From Marsupella aquatica (lineage: Eukaryota; Plantae; Marchantiophyta), in contig OZ316891.1 of NCBI GenBank assembly GCA_973895155.1, positions 9,611,875 to 9,675,874 on the forward strand: a stretch of 64,000 nt of DNA. The letters are read 5' to 3'. This document shows positions 11,043 through 23,868 of the stretch, one piece after another; within the stretch, counting starts at the first letter, position 1; each line of letters starts with the position of its first letter. The notes beneath the pieces are model-generated. The model did no database searches. It was given only the letters and a program-made list of their open reading frames with translations, and had not been told where the DNA came from. The position numbers were made by a program, and so were the translations under genes.

Positions 11043-12093
11043 TTGCTGATCTTGAGCGCAGATCAAAATATTCTCATACATTCATTTCCTCTTAAGTAAT
11101 GATCTACAAGAGCATGTATTACATACGTCAATTCATTTGATCACGAACCAAGAAATCATTTAAAGTAGCTGCTCTTTGCGCATTCTCAGCAGGAAATAAA
11201 AGAATGCGAGCTTGGTTGTCCACTCTGTCCATTAGCAGCCAGAGAAGACAGACACTACAAACATTCTCAGCTGTTGATACTTCCGGTAAGCAATCGCACA
11301 AAGTTGAGCACGACTATGGTAGTCTCACTATTTCTCCAGCTTACGATCTTAAAACTTCTTAAACATGCCCAGAGTTGGATAACAAAGATATGGTAAATTA
11401 AAGTGAGAATCTAAAGTGGGTGCTTTCATCCAGGTCCGATTCCGAGAACGATAGTACGCATGAAGTGAACTGATCCCTGCAGCACAGAATTAGCACTAGA
11501 AAAATATTGCTTTGCACTGCGACAAATGAACCGTGTCCAAATCTAAAAGCGAATTCCGAACTTCAGTACACGATCATATCCCGGGGTTTTTGGAGAAATT
11601 CAAAGGAGACTTATAAAATTCAATAAGGGTTACAATTGCTCAATGGAGTGAAAACTAGATCACGTCAATTGTGCGTATCGAGCGGAGGGCTACCCGTTCA
11701 AGACATCAAAAATTAACCAGATGGTTTTCCATCTGAAATAAGAATCCCTTAAAAATCTACCTCTGAAAGCGACCAAGGCTATCCCGTCCCTCCATAAGTA
11801 GGTGACTTATACGTTTACAAGTTTCCCGAAAATATCTATTCAGAGGAATTATAACACAATGGCTGTCAATCAGACAGCTTTTCTACATATACAACACAGC
11901 TTGACGAGTTTAGATACAGTGCTACAATGCTGTATTACCTCATTAAACCTATTGGCCAGAAAATCGAGTATTCATGTCTGATAATACAAAATCACCTCCA
12001 TCGTTCAACACACCTGCTCTGTGCCATTCAAATGATGGATGATGAGAAGTTTTCAATGGTGAAAATCAAGGTTTGAATAATGGTCCAAGTTCT

Positions 12094-15000
12094 TTATGCG
12101 GCATGCCGATTTACAGGTGCGGCGCCTAAAACCTGCAATCAGATCAAAGAGACGCAAGTTAGATATCATATTGAAATGGGCTGATAACTCGTACCCGAGA
12201 TATGGTTATCCGGATGCTCACATGAGTCTGCCAGTAGATAATGATGTGGCAGATGTGATAGGCTACTCGAGAGCCGAAGTATATCACAAGAGACCACCAT
12301 ACACCGGTCAGACCCCAGCCTGCTCTGTGGATTGAAATGGTGGCAAATATCATCCCTACCAGATTCACCAGTTGCATACGACTCAAATAAGCCAGATCTC
12401 CTGCAACCATCAACGAATGCAACACATCAAAACGTGAAAATCGCAATGTTCCCGATGTAAAACCAACATTGAGTTTGAAGATTGTCTAGAAAATGTAGTA
12501 TACGAATACTAATAATAATCAGAGCCTAGCAAATCTATCAGAAATGGACTGATGCTTCCCGAGTAATGCCCTTAGATGACAGAAAGCGAATATCTGCGAC
12601 CAAGAAGGCCATTTGGAGCCGTTTGCCTTATAGAATGATCAGATCAGATACGCATCGTATATCAAGAGAAGTCAAGTTATTCACCTGATGCAATGGAAAT
12701 ACCCTCAATCACAACCGCCACGGCACACAGAAACGAACAAAGCATGCTTTGGTTTGTAACAGACATCACCAGCCTAGCAACTGTTTCATCTGCCGTTAGC
12801 CATGAGATACCAAAATAATGAATTAATGCAACAATTGCAGATAAACCAAATCCAAAACCCAGCGATAGACGGAGCAGCAACCGTGCCACCGCGTGCGCCC
12901 TCTGCACGCAGTTGGGAGACTTTTAGTACCGGTTGTGAAGGAGCATTAGTTGGGACTGCACAGAATCGTTCAACAAAGTTGCATACAAATTCGCAGATTT
13001 GACGGTGCAGAAATTGACAATAAACCGTATTGACTTTAAGAAAAACATGTCGAGCAAATCATTTACATAATAGGTGAAGAGAAAGTACTGCATCTAACAG
13101 TAGGAAGCAATGACACACCTCTGGGTTTATTTTCACATCACGTGCTATAAGTGATTGAGCAGATATTGAAAGAGCCTCTGGAAAGAAGCTGAGAAACCAA
13201 AACACCTGCAAGAAGTCTTTCCCCGTTGAGATTGAATATTATCAAATGGCTACCTCCAGGACATGCTTCGCTGCTGAACTTCTGAAATAGGTCTAGCACA
13301 AGGGCAGCACGGGGACAGAAATGCATCGAAGCTTCTTATATGCGGCACTACGACTTCCAGAGAGTTGTTGCCTCTATCTTTACCTGCATTGCTACTTGAT
13401 GAGCAGCTAATGAAAGTGTATTAGTTCTTGCTACAACTTGTCCGACCGATGTGTAGATTACCTGCATTCAAAGTAAGCTTCATATTTGAGTTCAGTGGTC
13501 CACAGTTACTAGTCGTTCCGAGTCATTGTGCAAGATTTCCAAACTGTCCTACAGTGGCGATAAAATAAAGTTTACAGACGTAGTCAGCATCGCATCAAGT
13601 CACCCATTTACGTGATCCAACTACCTTCATAGCGTCATGTAAATATTTATTCCTATGTGACGGCATTTGCAATAGATAAGGAGGAGATGGCCGTGAACTG
13701 AAAATCCATGTAGACGCGTACCATGCCAAGGACGCATCTCAGCACCAGAGAACCTGCCATGTCTTGAAATTCTCCAAGTACTTTCGGCGATGGGAAGCCA
13801 AACCAAGTAATCTTGAGGGGGATTGGACTCGAGGACAATGACCTCACGGAACCCACTTTAGAGTGTTCAAAAGTGCTATCGTCTGGTTTAGCCATCAAAG
13901 CCCTGAGTAGTAGTATAACAGCAACGTACTGGGAAAAAACCGTTGCCCATGCTGCCCCAGCTACTCCCCTGCTTGAAACCATCAGCCAATATGTCCAGCA
14001 TGGATGCATACTTCAAGGTGCAATTGATGCTTTGCGGATCTACAAAAAAGATAGAGCTATTTTCTGACTGCGACTGGCTATATGCAAACGTCGCTCACGA
14101 CATTTGAAGTACTGGAAAAAAAAAACATTAGTTTTCAAACATGAATAAGAGGACAAGCCGAGTGGAGCGTACCATTTAGCCGAGAGGGTGAGTACCAGAT
14201 CCCCCACCAGATTGATAGCAGCAGCCACAAAGTTGACGAAAAGAGGGGTCTTGGCGTCTTGGCGTCCCAAACAAGCACCATGTCCTACGAGGATGATCAG
14301 GACAGCAGGGACTGCATACATGTTGACACCCAAATCATAGATCAGAGGTCAAGTGTAAAACGTCGTACTCATCCACACATCATTTCGGGCTAACTAATTC
14401 TCATGGCTGACGAAGAATTGCAATCCTACAATGCAGCCGATCCAGTGCACAAACTAATATTGATATTTAAAATTTCTTCAGAAGTTCCGGCTTTGCATTT
14501 AGATGTCACCACTGAATCGTGTGGCAAAATGCACTCAGACGTCAACAGATTAAGAATGATCAAGAATAGATCGGACGTCTCAGGAAATGTGGTTGTGCAA
14601 CAAAATCCCCACCAGAGAGAGCACGGATGTGTAAATACGTTAAGGCTGGCGTCATGTAATCAGAGGTGGCTCCCATCAATAACAGCAGCTGAGGAGCGAA
14701 GGCCTCCATGAGGCATCCGATTGCGATGCCAAGAAAGCCAGCCAAAAACAGAGCTTGACTGAGCACACGAGATGCCTGTCATCAAATCAAGAGGGTTGTG
14801 AGAACTAACTAGAAAAGGTGTTGCATAAACCAATTTCTTGAGGAAAAAGAGCTGCGTGGATCTTTCCCGTGTAAATCTGCAAAATGCATGTTTGGAATGT
14901 TTTTCACAGACCTTCATTTGGATCCTCTCTTGTTCTTGTGGATTGGTGAACCTGCGATTGGTCGTGGCCATGAAGTTGCACGTCGTAGTTCCGAGAAACC

Positions 15001-16175
15001 CAAAAACCTAACGCACATCCCTTTTCAGAACGTGACTCCTTCCACTTGAACCAAGATCACGAGAAAGCAAATCTCCCTGTGAAAATGCAGGGAAGCACCA
15101 CAGTCTAGGCCCTCACATCGCACAGCACCGTCTTATCAAACTTCATAAAAGGAAAGAGTCAATATATTTTTTAAATGGCCGGAATCGTTTTGTTTTTACC
15201 TGGAAGACAAAATTAAAAATCAATGTGTTGGGGCCCAGAGAAGCTAATTGAATGGAACTGATCTGACCCACGCAGCCAGTGTCAATCAAACTCATCAAGG
15301 GATCAGAAAGCCTGCACCACGACACAAAAAAAACCAATTTTTCATCCAGCCAAACCACAAGCTACCTAAGAACAGAAGTCCAGTGGCAATTTAAAATAAC
15401 AAGGATGGCCGAACCCTGTTCTAAAGAATTCGGAGGCAGCAGTAATTGCCTGCTGACTGAAGTCCGTCATCGTGGACAACATCAGAATAATTGGCGTGTC
15501 TTCGACCCGACAGAATGGTCAATTTGTTATGTTAAAATACTCACACAATTCCCAGACCTGGAAGAGACAGCTTCAAGATGCTCCACCGAATGTCCTCCAT
15601 TTTCTCCTCGTGTTCAATTCCAAAACTCTCCACAGTCGCTGAAAGAGAGTCTTCTCTTCCAAAACTCTCGGTACTTGCTGGAAGAGCGATTGCGAGACTG
15701 AGTGAGTGCACTCCAATTCAGATGAATAATGAGAAAACCCAACCAGAACGTCCTGCTAGCTCATCTATAATCATCTACTAAATCAACACCCAATAATGAA
15801 GAAATTCGGGCAGAACATTATTCTCCGAAGCCTGGACAAATAGTGGTGGAAAAGAAGGAACGTACAAGTAAGCGCCGAAGTTCTCCCGCTTCTCCGCTCT
15901 CCATGCCCGGCAGCAGCAGAAGCTGTTCCATGACTCGTCCCTACTTCCCTGAAACCCAATTGATGCCCAGAATTCACACACGAAAGTCCTCTCCTCGTAC
16001 CAGGCCGTTGCGAGGAGAGTCGGAATTCGTACCGCATTGGCCTGGTGCGAGGGATAGGAGCCGACAGATCACAAGCCGTAGAAAGTCTCAGGGGATCGTG
16101 ATAGCATTGTGCTGCAATATTCATGTGAGCTGACGCCGCCGCTGCTGCTGCATAGGAACTGAGGGACAACATCAT
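12094..16175 (-). CDS. MATE (DinF-like, EDS5/DTX46-like) transporter, probably plastid-targeted; 12 exons, ~599 aa
   Basis: Phase-consistent GT-AG exons: 16175-15866, 15677-15545, 15311-15200, 15007-14912, 14775-14613, 14311-14173, 13968-13722, 13461-13384, 13205-13119, 12901-12685, 12400-12222, 12132-12094 (sum 1800 nt). Motifs: LSDPLMSLIDTGCVGQ..QLASLGP, YLHIRALS, GACLGRQDAKTPL, GVAGAAWATVFSQY, LAAHQV. The Ser/Ala/Arg-rich N-terminus resembles a transit peptide. Confidence 0.88.
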
Positions 16176-19100
16176 TCTGTTCCTCTTGTCCGTCCGGAAT
16201 CTATACGACAGCAGCCTTCCGGGACGACTGCTTCATGCAAAGACCCTCTGCGAGAGTCTCCTGCACTCCGCTAATTTACTTATTGGAGCGACCCTACTTC
16301 TTCATTAGCAGATGTGGTTCTTCCTCTGCTGCCTGCTCAATTGAGCAAATTCTCCTGTTCCACCTTCAGCTTCTTCGTTGGAATGAAGGATTGGACCAGT
16401 TTTTCTTCCTCTATTGCCTTCTGAATTGGGTCATTTCTCCTGATCTGCGTTCAGATTCTTCGTGTGATTCACGAGAGATGGATAGTGCAGGATTGCACTC
16501 TCGCTGGTGGCAACTCGAGTGTTCAAACTTAGTCTCCTAGTTTCATCTTTTTGGTTTTTGTGGCCCTCTTTTCAACGGAAGAAGGCACCTTACGTTTCCA
16601 CGTGGGGTCGGATCTAGGGCACGGATCTAGCCAGGTGGAATGCCGGATGGCTCTCTCGTTCCTCGTCCGTCGATCTCGTCTCTTCATTATGTCAGTGGAT
16701 CGCTTCCTAGTTTCTGTAAATGTAACTTTATCGAGCACGGCTAATGAAAAGGCGACACGCGTTTTTCCGTTTCACTAAAAGCGAATGCGGAATGTGTGCT
16801 GTCGCTTCCAAACGAAACGAGTCCAATCTTGAAATCTGCCGTTTGAAAGGATTGGACCACTTATTTAATTTATTACAGTACCTTTATACTTTGATAGTGG
16901 ACAGTGTTTGTACTCCCAAATCTACTCTAGTAGGATGTGAATCATTTTCTAGCCACACCTTCATCCCTCCCAAGGCCTCCTACTGTAGCATTATGGAATC
17001 CGTGATCTCTTTTTATATTTAGCATCTTAAACCCTCCTCGTGAATCTCTTGTTGTATTTTCATAGAGGTTTATGGACCAGGTGAGTCCTGGCCAGGTTGT
17101 GTTAGAAATGTACCCCTTGTTTGTTACTTATTTGTTATTTATGATTAAAAACTTAGATATCTTTGATTTGGACATCTTGCTTTGCCTGCAGTTTCCCCCT
17201 TCAGGCTTTTTGTTTCTTCTTGCACACAAATGGACATTGTACTTTATTAGGCCCTTTCTGTGTAATATTTATCTCATTTCACAAACAACACTGTTTGTTC
17301 CTCTAAAGCCCTCACTTCACTCAGGAATAATCCTGGTTCAGGGATTCCTACTGATGCAGATCAACGTATCTGCTCTTTGAGGGCAGTAGCCCTCAGGGAT
17401 AACACCCATAAGCCCCTCCAGGGGATGGGGGATGGGTTACAGTAAACATTTTTCTGAAATCATGGAAGAGGCAGGCATCCTAGTGGAGGGCATCAACTGT
17501 CTGTGAAAAAAGAGGGAACGTTTGGAGTCAACACTGGTTGACTCACTTTGCATTTTGAGGGGATATGTCTCCTTGTCCCATTGTAGGTACGTTGGTTTCC
17601 TTATATTACATGACAATAATTTGAGAAAATACTCCTTGAAGGCCTTAGAAACACTTTCTGTCCTGATAGACCAAAAAGTTTCAGTCCTCTCCCAATAGAC
17701 CTTTGGGCTCCCCATGGTACCATTTTGTGTGTTCTTTTAACTTGATTGTTCAGTCTTTATAACATGAGAATTCATCTTAGAACCTAGGATCATCTACCAC
17801 AGATGGGTATCCAAGTGCATTATTGAACATAGTTGATTACGAGTGCAGTGTTGAAATAGTCTTTTGCCATGCATCACAAGGCAAAAACGGTGTGTTGCAG
17901 TTTAGTTTTTTATACAGTGACCACAATGTTTATCATATTGAGAACTGTGATAGAAGTTCCTGCCAAACCTCACGTGTAGGGTGTAAAACCAAAATGGATA
18001 ATTATGCAAATATTATGAATATATTGAACTGAAGACATCATGAATAATGTATTCTTGCTCAGCTGAAGCTGAACCGCCAACACACTTACATGCTACAAAA
18101 TGCTCACAAAATTCTATCTCATCACACTAGGTTTTTCTGATGTGCATCCTTGTTGTGTGAGGTTTTTGTAAGTATGACCTTGAATACATTGTGCACAATG
18201 TATATCTGACACAGATGCTTTTCTACTCACTCACAATTTTGTCCATTTGGGCTGGCTAATTTGACGCCGAGCAACTTTGTTTGAACAAGTAGCAGTTGTG
18301 AGCTTTAAATACATTGTCCACCATATATTTATTTATTTATTGGGAAGACTTGTTTGACCATTTTGACATGCTTTAGTCCATGAGTTGGATTGGTCCTGGG
18401 ATTGGCCCAATGATGTTGTGTAGGTGCTCCTTCATTGCAATTTGCACATCTTCACAGGTAGCCATAGGGTATCTTCCACAGGAACAGGAAGTAGGCAGCA
18501 CAAGAAAACCTAGATGAGATGAAAACACTATGGGAAACCAAACTGAATCCCAATGGATTTCATGAAGGGCAGGCACATTTGAATTCCAAATTTCCTTTGT
18601 AGTGTGTATATGATATGCACAATGTATTACACAAGCAAGAAGGCCAAGGCACTACGATGCTCCAGTGCGGTCACTAACTTCTTGAACTGCATCCTTCACC
18701 ACCTTACTACACATTACCAACCATGTTGATCTGAGGCTACATGGTAACTAAGCCCAACAACTATGTGATAGAGCACCTCACATGCAATAACATGGTTGTA
18801 TGGAGTGTCGGGCCCAGAGCTAGATCTACTTAGAGGAGAGAATATGAATAGTTGGGCCACTAAGAGATACTCTGAAACATTTGGTCCAGCAGGAGAGGAA
18901 GTCTTTCCCAGAGGTCTGCTACTTATATCTCTTCTCCCGCAATTTTCATCTCTTAGTGATTCACACCTATTTTATACAATTTTCATCAGCTCTCCCTGAT
19001 CCATATATGCAGCAACAACTGCTACTTCAGTGATCATACTTAAATAAATGAAACAAGTGTTTAAAATTTTTTTAAAAGTGTACTCCAATCCAAGGACCTA

Positions 19101-20645
19101 TTCACTGAGATCCGAAGATAAGATTCCTAAGCTTGCATGCATGGAATCTACATGCATGTTAGCTAGGGAGGCATGATTGGATCTAGAGTATATATATAAA
19201 GGGGCCCGGAGAAGTGAACCAAAAACATTTATTAAATAAACATTTTGTTATCCTATCTGAGTTCAAAGCTTTGGATGGATATCTCACATAGCTGCTCACC
19301 TTGGCTTAGAGCATCTCCAACCCAATGGGGTTTGGCTCATTCAATACATCAAATATCATCTAACCATGTACTTTCATTCAACGGTGTACATATCTATCAC
19401 GACCAACCAGAAAGCAACCTAACCTTGCTAATGGGTAATTTCCCTGGGGTTCTCATTTCTTTTCTTCCAACCCATCACATGCCAATAAGTTAGATTTTTT
19501 TTAATCCAATTGGGCAAAGAATTTTAGAATTTTTGATAAAGAACATTAGGGGTGTCTTAATCCAATTTTATTTATTTCTGGTGAAGGGCTGATGCCCAGG
19601 AAAGTTTATTCCATGGAACCAGGGAATACACTGCCTGAGAAGAGGAGGCAGGAAGAAAAAGGCAACAATTAAGGGGGGCTAGGAGAAGGAGCACCCCCAG
19701 AGAAAAAAAGAAAAGGGGGCCCTATTAACTGGTCTGCCAAAAGGAGCAGAATGGGAAGGAAGGAGGAGCCCCAGAAAACCGACATCCGACAATAATCTCC
19801 TTCGACAGAGATGCATGCATCCAAGAACAGCAAACAAATTAAGCAAGGAACACCCTGGAATGGGTCGGGGTATTTGCCACTCTCCATTAACCACTGCCAG
19901 TCAAACCCTCGATCCACCTGCTCCCAAGACACCCATATAAGCCAAAACATAGTCGATAGGCGTCTCCCTTACTATATCGCAAATGAACCCTACACCAGGA
20001 TTCTAGCTTCCTTTGTTCAGTTGAGCCAACCCAAGCAACCAAATTGTGAGTAGGAGGGAAAATAGTCTCTTTGTCAGGATCCTCAGAACAAACTCATCAA
20101 CTCTGGAAATCAGCAGTTGATGGTTCCCAGCACATACTTGGACATCCACCACTGAAGGAACTTACAAAGACGAGGACTGTTACAAAATAGCATCCCTAGG
20201 CGTCATTCAACAATTCACCTTGAGAGAAGAAGAGTTATATATGTCTGCCCAGAAATCCAAGGAATAATAATCAAAACCGAAAGCCATTGGGAAATCTGTA
20301 TGCCTCACATTAATCCCGTGAGTGACAAGGAGGGAGCAATGATCATGGTGAACAGACTAATACCCACTGGCCAGAATATCCGGGTTCCGATGGCCAAATA
20401 TATCTAACAAACAGGAGCCCCCATTGGAGAAGAAAATGCCCCACCAAAAAATAGTCAGAGAGAGGGCCCATCAACCATGTCCAGCCCCACAATTCCTCCA
20501 GTCAGGCCAGGCAGCCTAGCCAGTGGTGAATGGAGAGAACAAATTACCCAGCCAACCAAGATAATTACAAGCCCTGAATATCTCTTATGGATCAGAAAAG
20601 AGAGAACTCCATCAAGAATGAGGGAGCTAAGAGCCGGCGCAATTA

Positions 20646-20682
20646 ATCCTATCCTGTCCTATCCTATCCTATCCTATCCTAT
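20646..20682 (+). repeat. (ATCCT)7 microsatellite
   Basis: atcctatcctgtcctatcctatcctatcctatcctat is directly visible. Confidence 0.9.
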
Positions 20683-21915
20683 AGATAGACTAAAAAAATT
20701 GTATTAGTGTCATATGGAGTATCCACAAAAACAAAGGAAGGCTATATCTTTTACTAGCTAGCACCTATATACAATGTCGTATGCTATCAAAAGCAAATAT
20801 CATCGAATATATGCTAAAAACTCGGTGTTCGTTTCCGTGGAAGAACAAGAATGGGATGAAAAGATGTTTTAAAGTGTTTTGAGTGGTTTAGAGATGGTAC
20901 TCAACATCTATAAGAAAAATAGAATCTTAAACAAAACACAATGAATTAATAAAATAAGAACAAAGTGACATTTGCTGGATAACAGAATCTTAGAGCTTTT
21001 AGAGGTATAGTTTAGCAATATTTAACTCAGTCACCATGTCTTAAGAAAGAGCTATGGCATTATTTGAGACGTTGATAAGTCAAACATAACCTTGGTATAA
21101 CTGCTCTCTAGGTTTCTATCATAAATCTAAGTTTAAGAAGTGTCTATGCTCACAAAATCCAAGATAAGTTTCAGATTGTGTGTATAGTAGTGTGTCATTA
21201 AAATGCCGGCAACATGTTTTCTTCTTCAGCGATGCGCAATTCCAAAGAAAAACTAATGCACATTCAGTATACCACAATGGTACTTCAAATCCGTGAATTA
21301 AGAATGTCGCTACTTCTTAATCATATAGATTTTTATTTCTTGATTTCATGCAATACTTATCTTCCAAAGATAAGTCCTTCATGTAAATACAGAATTGGAC
21401 AACAAATGTTGTAGTTTGGATTAGGCACCGACCAACGGATCTTCCAATACATTCCACAAACTGTATTTTTATGGGTTTTACTTCTTACGGTAATTGCAAC
21501 ATGCATTACCATACGAAGGAGGGGTAGACTCCTAGCACAAGTAATCAAATTCCAAGGTATGCAAATCTTCCTTGCAAAATTGCATTACACGTACAAGGGA
21601 CAAAACTCCAAGATGAGGAGATGCAAATAACTATCCACACTGTCTCAAAATGAGACTGGTATCACAATAAGTACATGAGATCGCCCACGGGCTAAGGAGA
21701 ATGAAGAGACATGCCTCTTCATTTCCTAAGTCTAAACTAAGTAAAGTAAAAGTCAACTTTGACTAAGGGATAGTCAAATGGTCAAAGCTAAGTAAAAGTC
21801 TACAAAATAAAATACTAATCTCATACTGTAATAGGAGGAGGGTCGACTACAAGTAGAGGGAGGCGAGCTACATAATCAAGGGCTATCTTCCCTTTGTCCT
21901 CTGTCCCTTCAAATA

Positions 21916-21989
21916 CTATCGACGGAAAAGGTCCTCACGGTAACGAATCAAATGAGGCTCACTGGTCTTCCGGATGGGATGTCCATCCG
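21916..21989 (-). pseudogene. Detached native 3' end of the TE-associated ORF that starts at 30367 (cut off by the copia insertion)
   Basis: Removing the copia element and one TSD copy continues ...SDYFVWIG in frame as PDGHPIRKTSEPHLIRYREDLFRR*. Confidence 0.75.
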
Positions 21990-21994
21990 GTCCG

Positions 21995-22338
21995 TGTTAG
22001 ATATTGCTCTAGTCTTGTGACTCTTGTGCTAACCACAGTTAGGCTAACTCGGGTTAGGACCTAGCTAAGGTTAGCGGTAGTGTTGTTGTGCATATAGCCA
22101 GGGCTGATGCCAGACCCTGGTGGAACTTAGGCTCATTGTTACAGAGCTAGTTGAGAGATAGGGAGAGCTTGTGCTGTGGATGCTTGGTATGGCCGGTCGG
22201 CCTAGAGTGCAGTAAAGCTCTTGTGTGTTCCCGTGGACGTAGCCTCATGTGGAGGTGAACCACGTATCTCTTTGTGTCAACTATTGTGCGTTGGATGGTT
22301 CATGGGCTTGCCGTTGCGAATGTCGTCTATGCTCAACA
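21995..22338 (+). repeat. 5' LTR of the copia element
   Basis: TGTTAGATATTG...GCTCAACA. I count 5 substitutions relative to the 3' LTR. Confidence 0.96.
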
Positions 22339-22340
22339 AG

Positions 22341-22352
22341 TGGTATCAGAGC
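22341..22352 (+). other. Primer-binding site complementary to the initiator tRNA-Met 3' end
   Basis: TGGTATCAGAGC, 2 nt after the 5' LTR. Confidence 0.93.
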
Positions 22353-23868
22353 ATGCCTGGGAGGTGACGAGGTTTTTTCGCGACAGGTTTTTCCAGCGTT
22401 CATTGTCGATGGTACATTCAGAGTTTCGTCACATGAAACTTGATTGTGTGTGGCTGAGCGGATAGGTTAGTGAGAGGGCATTCTAACGGTGGTTAGAGCT
22501 CGCTGATCGGTATCCGTGGTGCAGAGGAATTGAAGTTTGCATCGTTCAGGGTTTATTCGTGTTCGACGGTATTTCGGGGGAGAAACCAGAGATCGTTTCT
22601 TCAACGGTGTGAGCTGTGCAGTGTGCGGGGCGTCGCATGTGATAGTTCAAGTTGAAGGTTGGAGCGTGCTGGTCGTTTTGGTATCTAGTTTGTTGACGTT
22701 TGCGAAACGAGTGCGTCGTGATGAGTGAAGGAGGCGTTCTGGTTTTTTGACAAGCTATGGTGCTTGTTTTTCCCTGAACCGGACTACTCATCGTGACGCT
22801 TGACTCGGAGGAAGAAACGCGAAGTGCTGAGGCTCAACGGAGAGATTGTGGCGAGACGGTCGTTTTGAGTCCGGGATTGGCACTTGACGCGGAGTGAAGG
22901 CGACGCAACTGAAGTTCTTTCTCTGGTGGAGCTTCAGACGTGCCGGTGCAATTCGGAAACATTTTCATGTCGGCGGTCATCACTTTTCTCATTGGAAACC
23001 AAAGCGGAGGCGGCTGAGGTTTGTAACACGGCCTTTGTGTCATTTTGGGCACATTTTTAAGGTTAGTTTAGGGCATTTTTTGCCCCAATACGGCCCCAAT
23101 ACCCGACAAACCAGGTTTGCCATACGCCCCGGGGCGCACACCGGCCTCCCACACCCCTTTAAGCGCAAAACCATGCTTTTTTGGGCCCAAATACGGCCAA
23201 AAATGCCCATATATGGCCCAAAAATGCAAAAATACGCACGTTTTCACCCCTTTAAACCCGTTTTTTTTCACGTTTTTTGCTGTTTGTACGCGATTCTGGC
23301 CGCAAATAAGCGCACGTTTCCGCAAATACGCACGCCTTTGCCAGGGGCTTTAAGACCCCTTTAGAGTGTGTTTTTCTGAATTTTTTTTCTCTCCTCCTCC
23401 CCATTGGTTGTGCCTCATCCCGGGCCCTGTGACCCTCCGTTTTAATCGCTCTGACAGGGGGAACGGCCCCCTGTGAGCCCTGTTGGACTGTGCGGGAATA
23501 TTCCCAAAAAACAGAGAGCTGGTTTTTGGCCATCACACAAAGATTCCGTCCGCCGCACGGTAACTTTTTTGGTTCTTTTTTGGTGAGGACGTTGCCACTG
23601 GAGTTAGCAACGCGGTGCACCCATCACATCGCGATTCCGACGACAGGTTGTACTTGGTATTTCGGTTATTCTCCGAGGTGGTCAAAACGGGGGAGTTTCC
23701 CAAGGTTTTACCCACCCCGACCGAAATTTGAATAACTTTTCCGTCAAATTTTGATTTTGATTTCGGATTTCAGTATTGGACTCCTAGCTTTGTGGGCTAC
23801 ACGGCGGTGTTGAGTTTTGAGTTTTATGAGAAGTTTTGAAAAAAGACGTTTTTTCGTGATTGTTTCAT

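Noticed and set aside
11390-11480. Possible alternative last exon of the MATE gene (CTGCAG|GGATCA... on the minus strand)
   Set aside because: The model already ends cleanly at 12094, and this exon cannot be supported without transcripts.
17060-20640. Purine-skewed segments suggestive of decayed LINE fragments (similar at 31260-31800)
   Set aside because: No RT or endonuclease motif could be read, so the evidence is too weak to annotate.
22834-23735. Cluster of 70-156 aa ORFs in the copia leader
   Set aside because: Low-complexity sequence, mostly non-ATG starts, and no env-like or other domain features.
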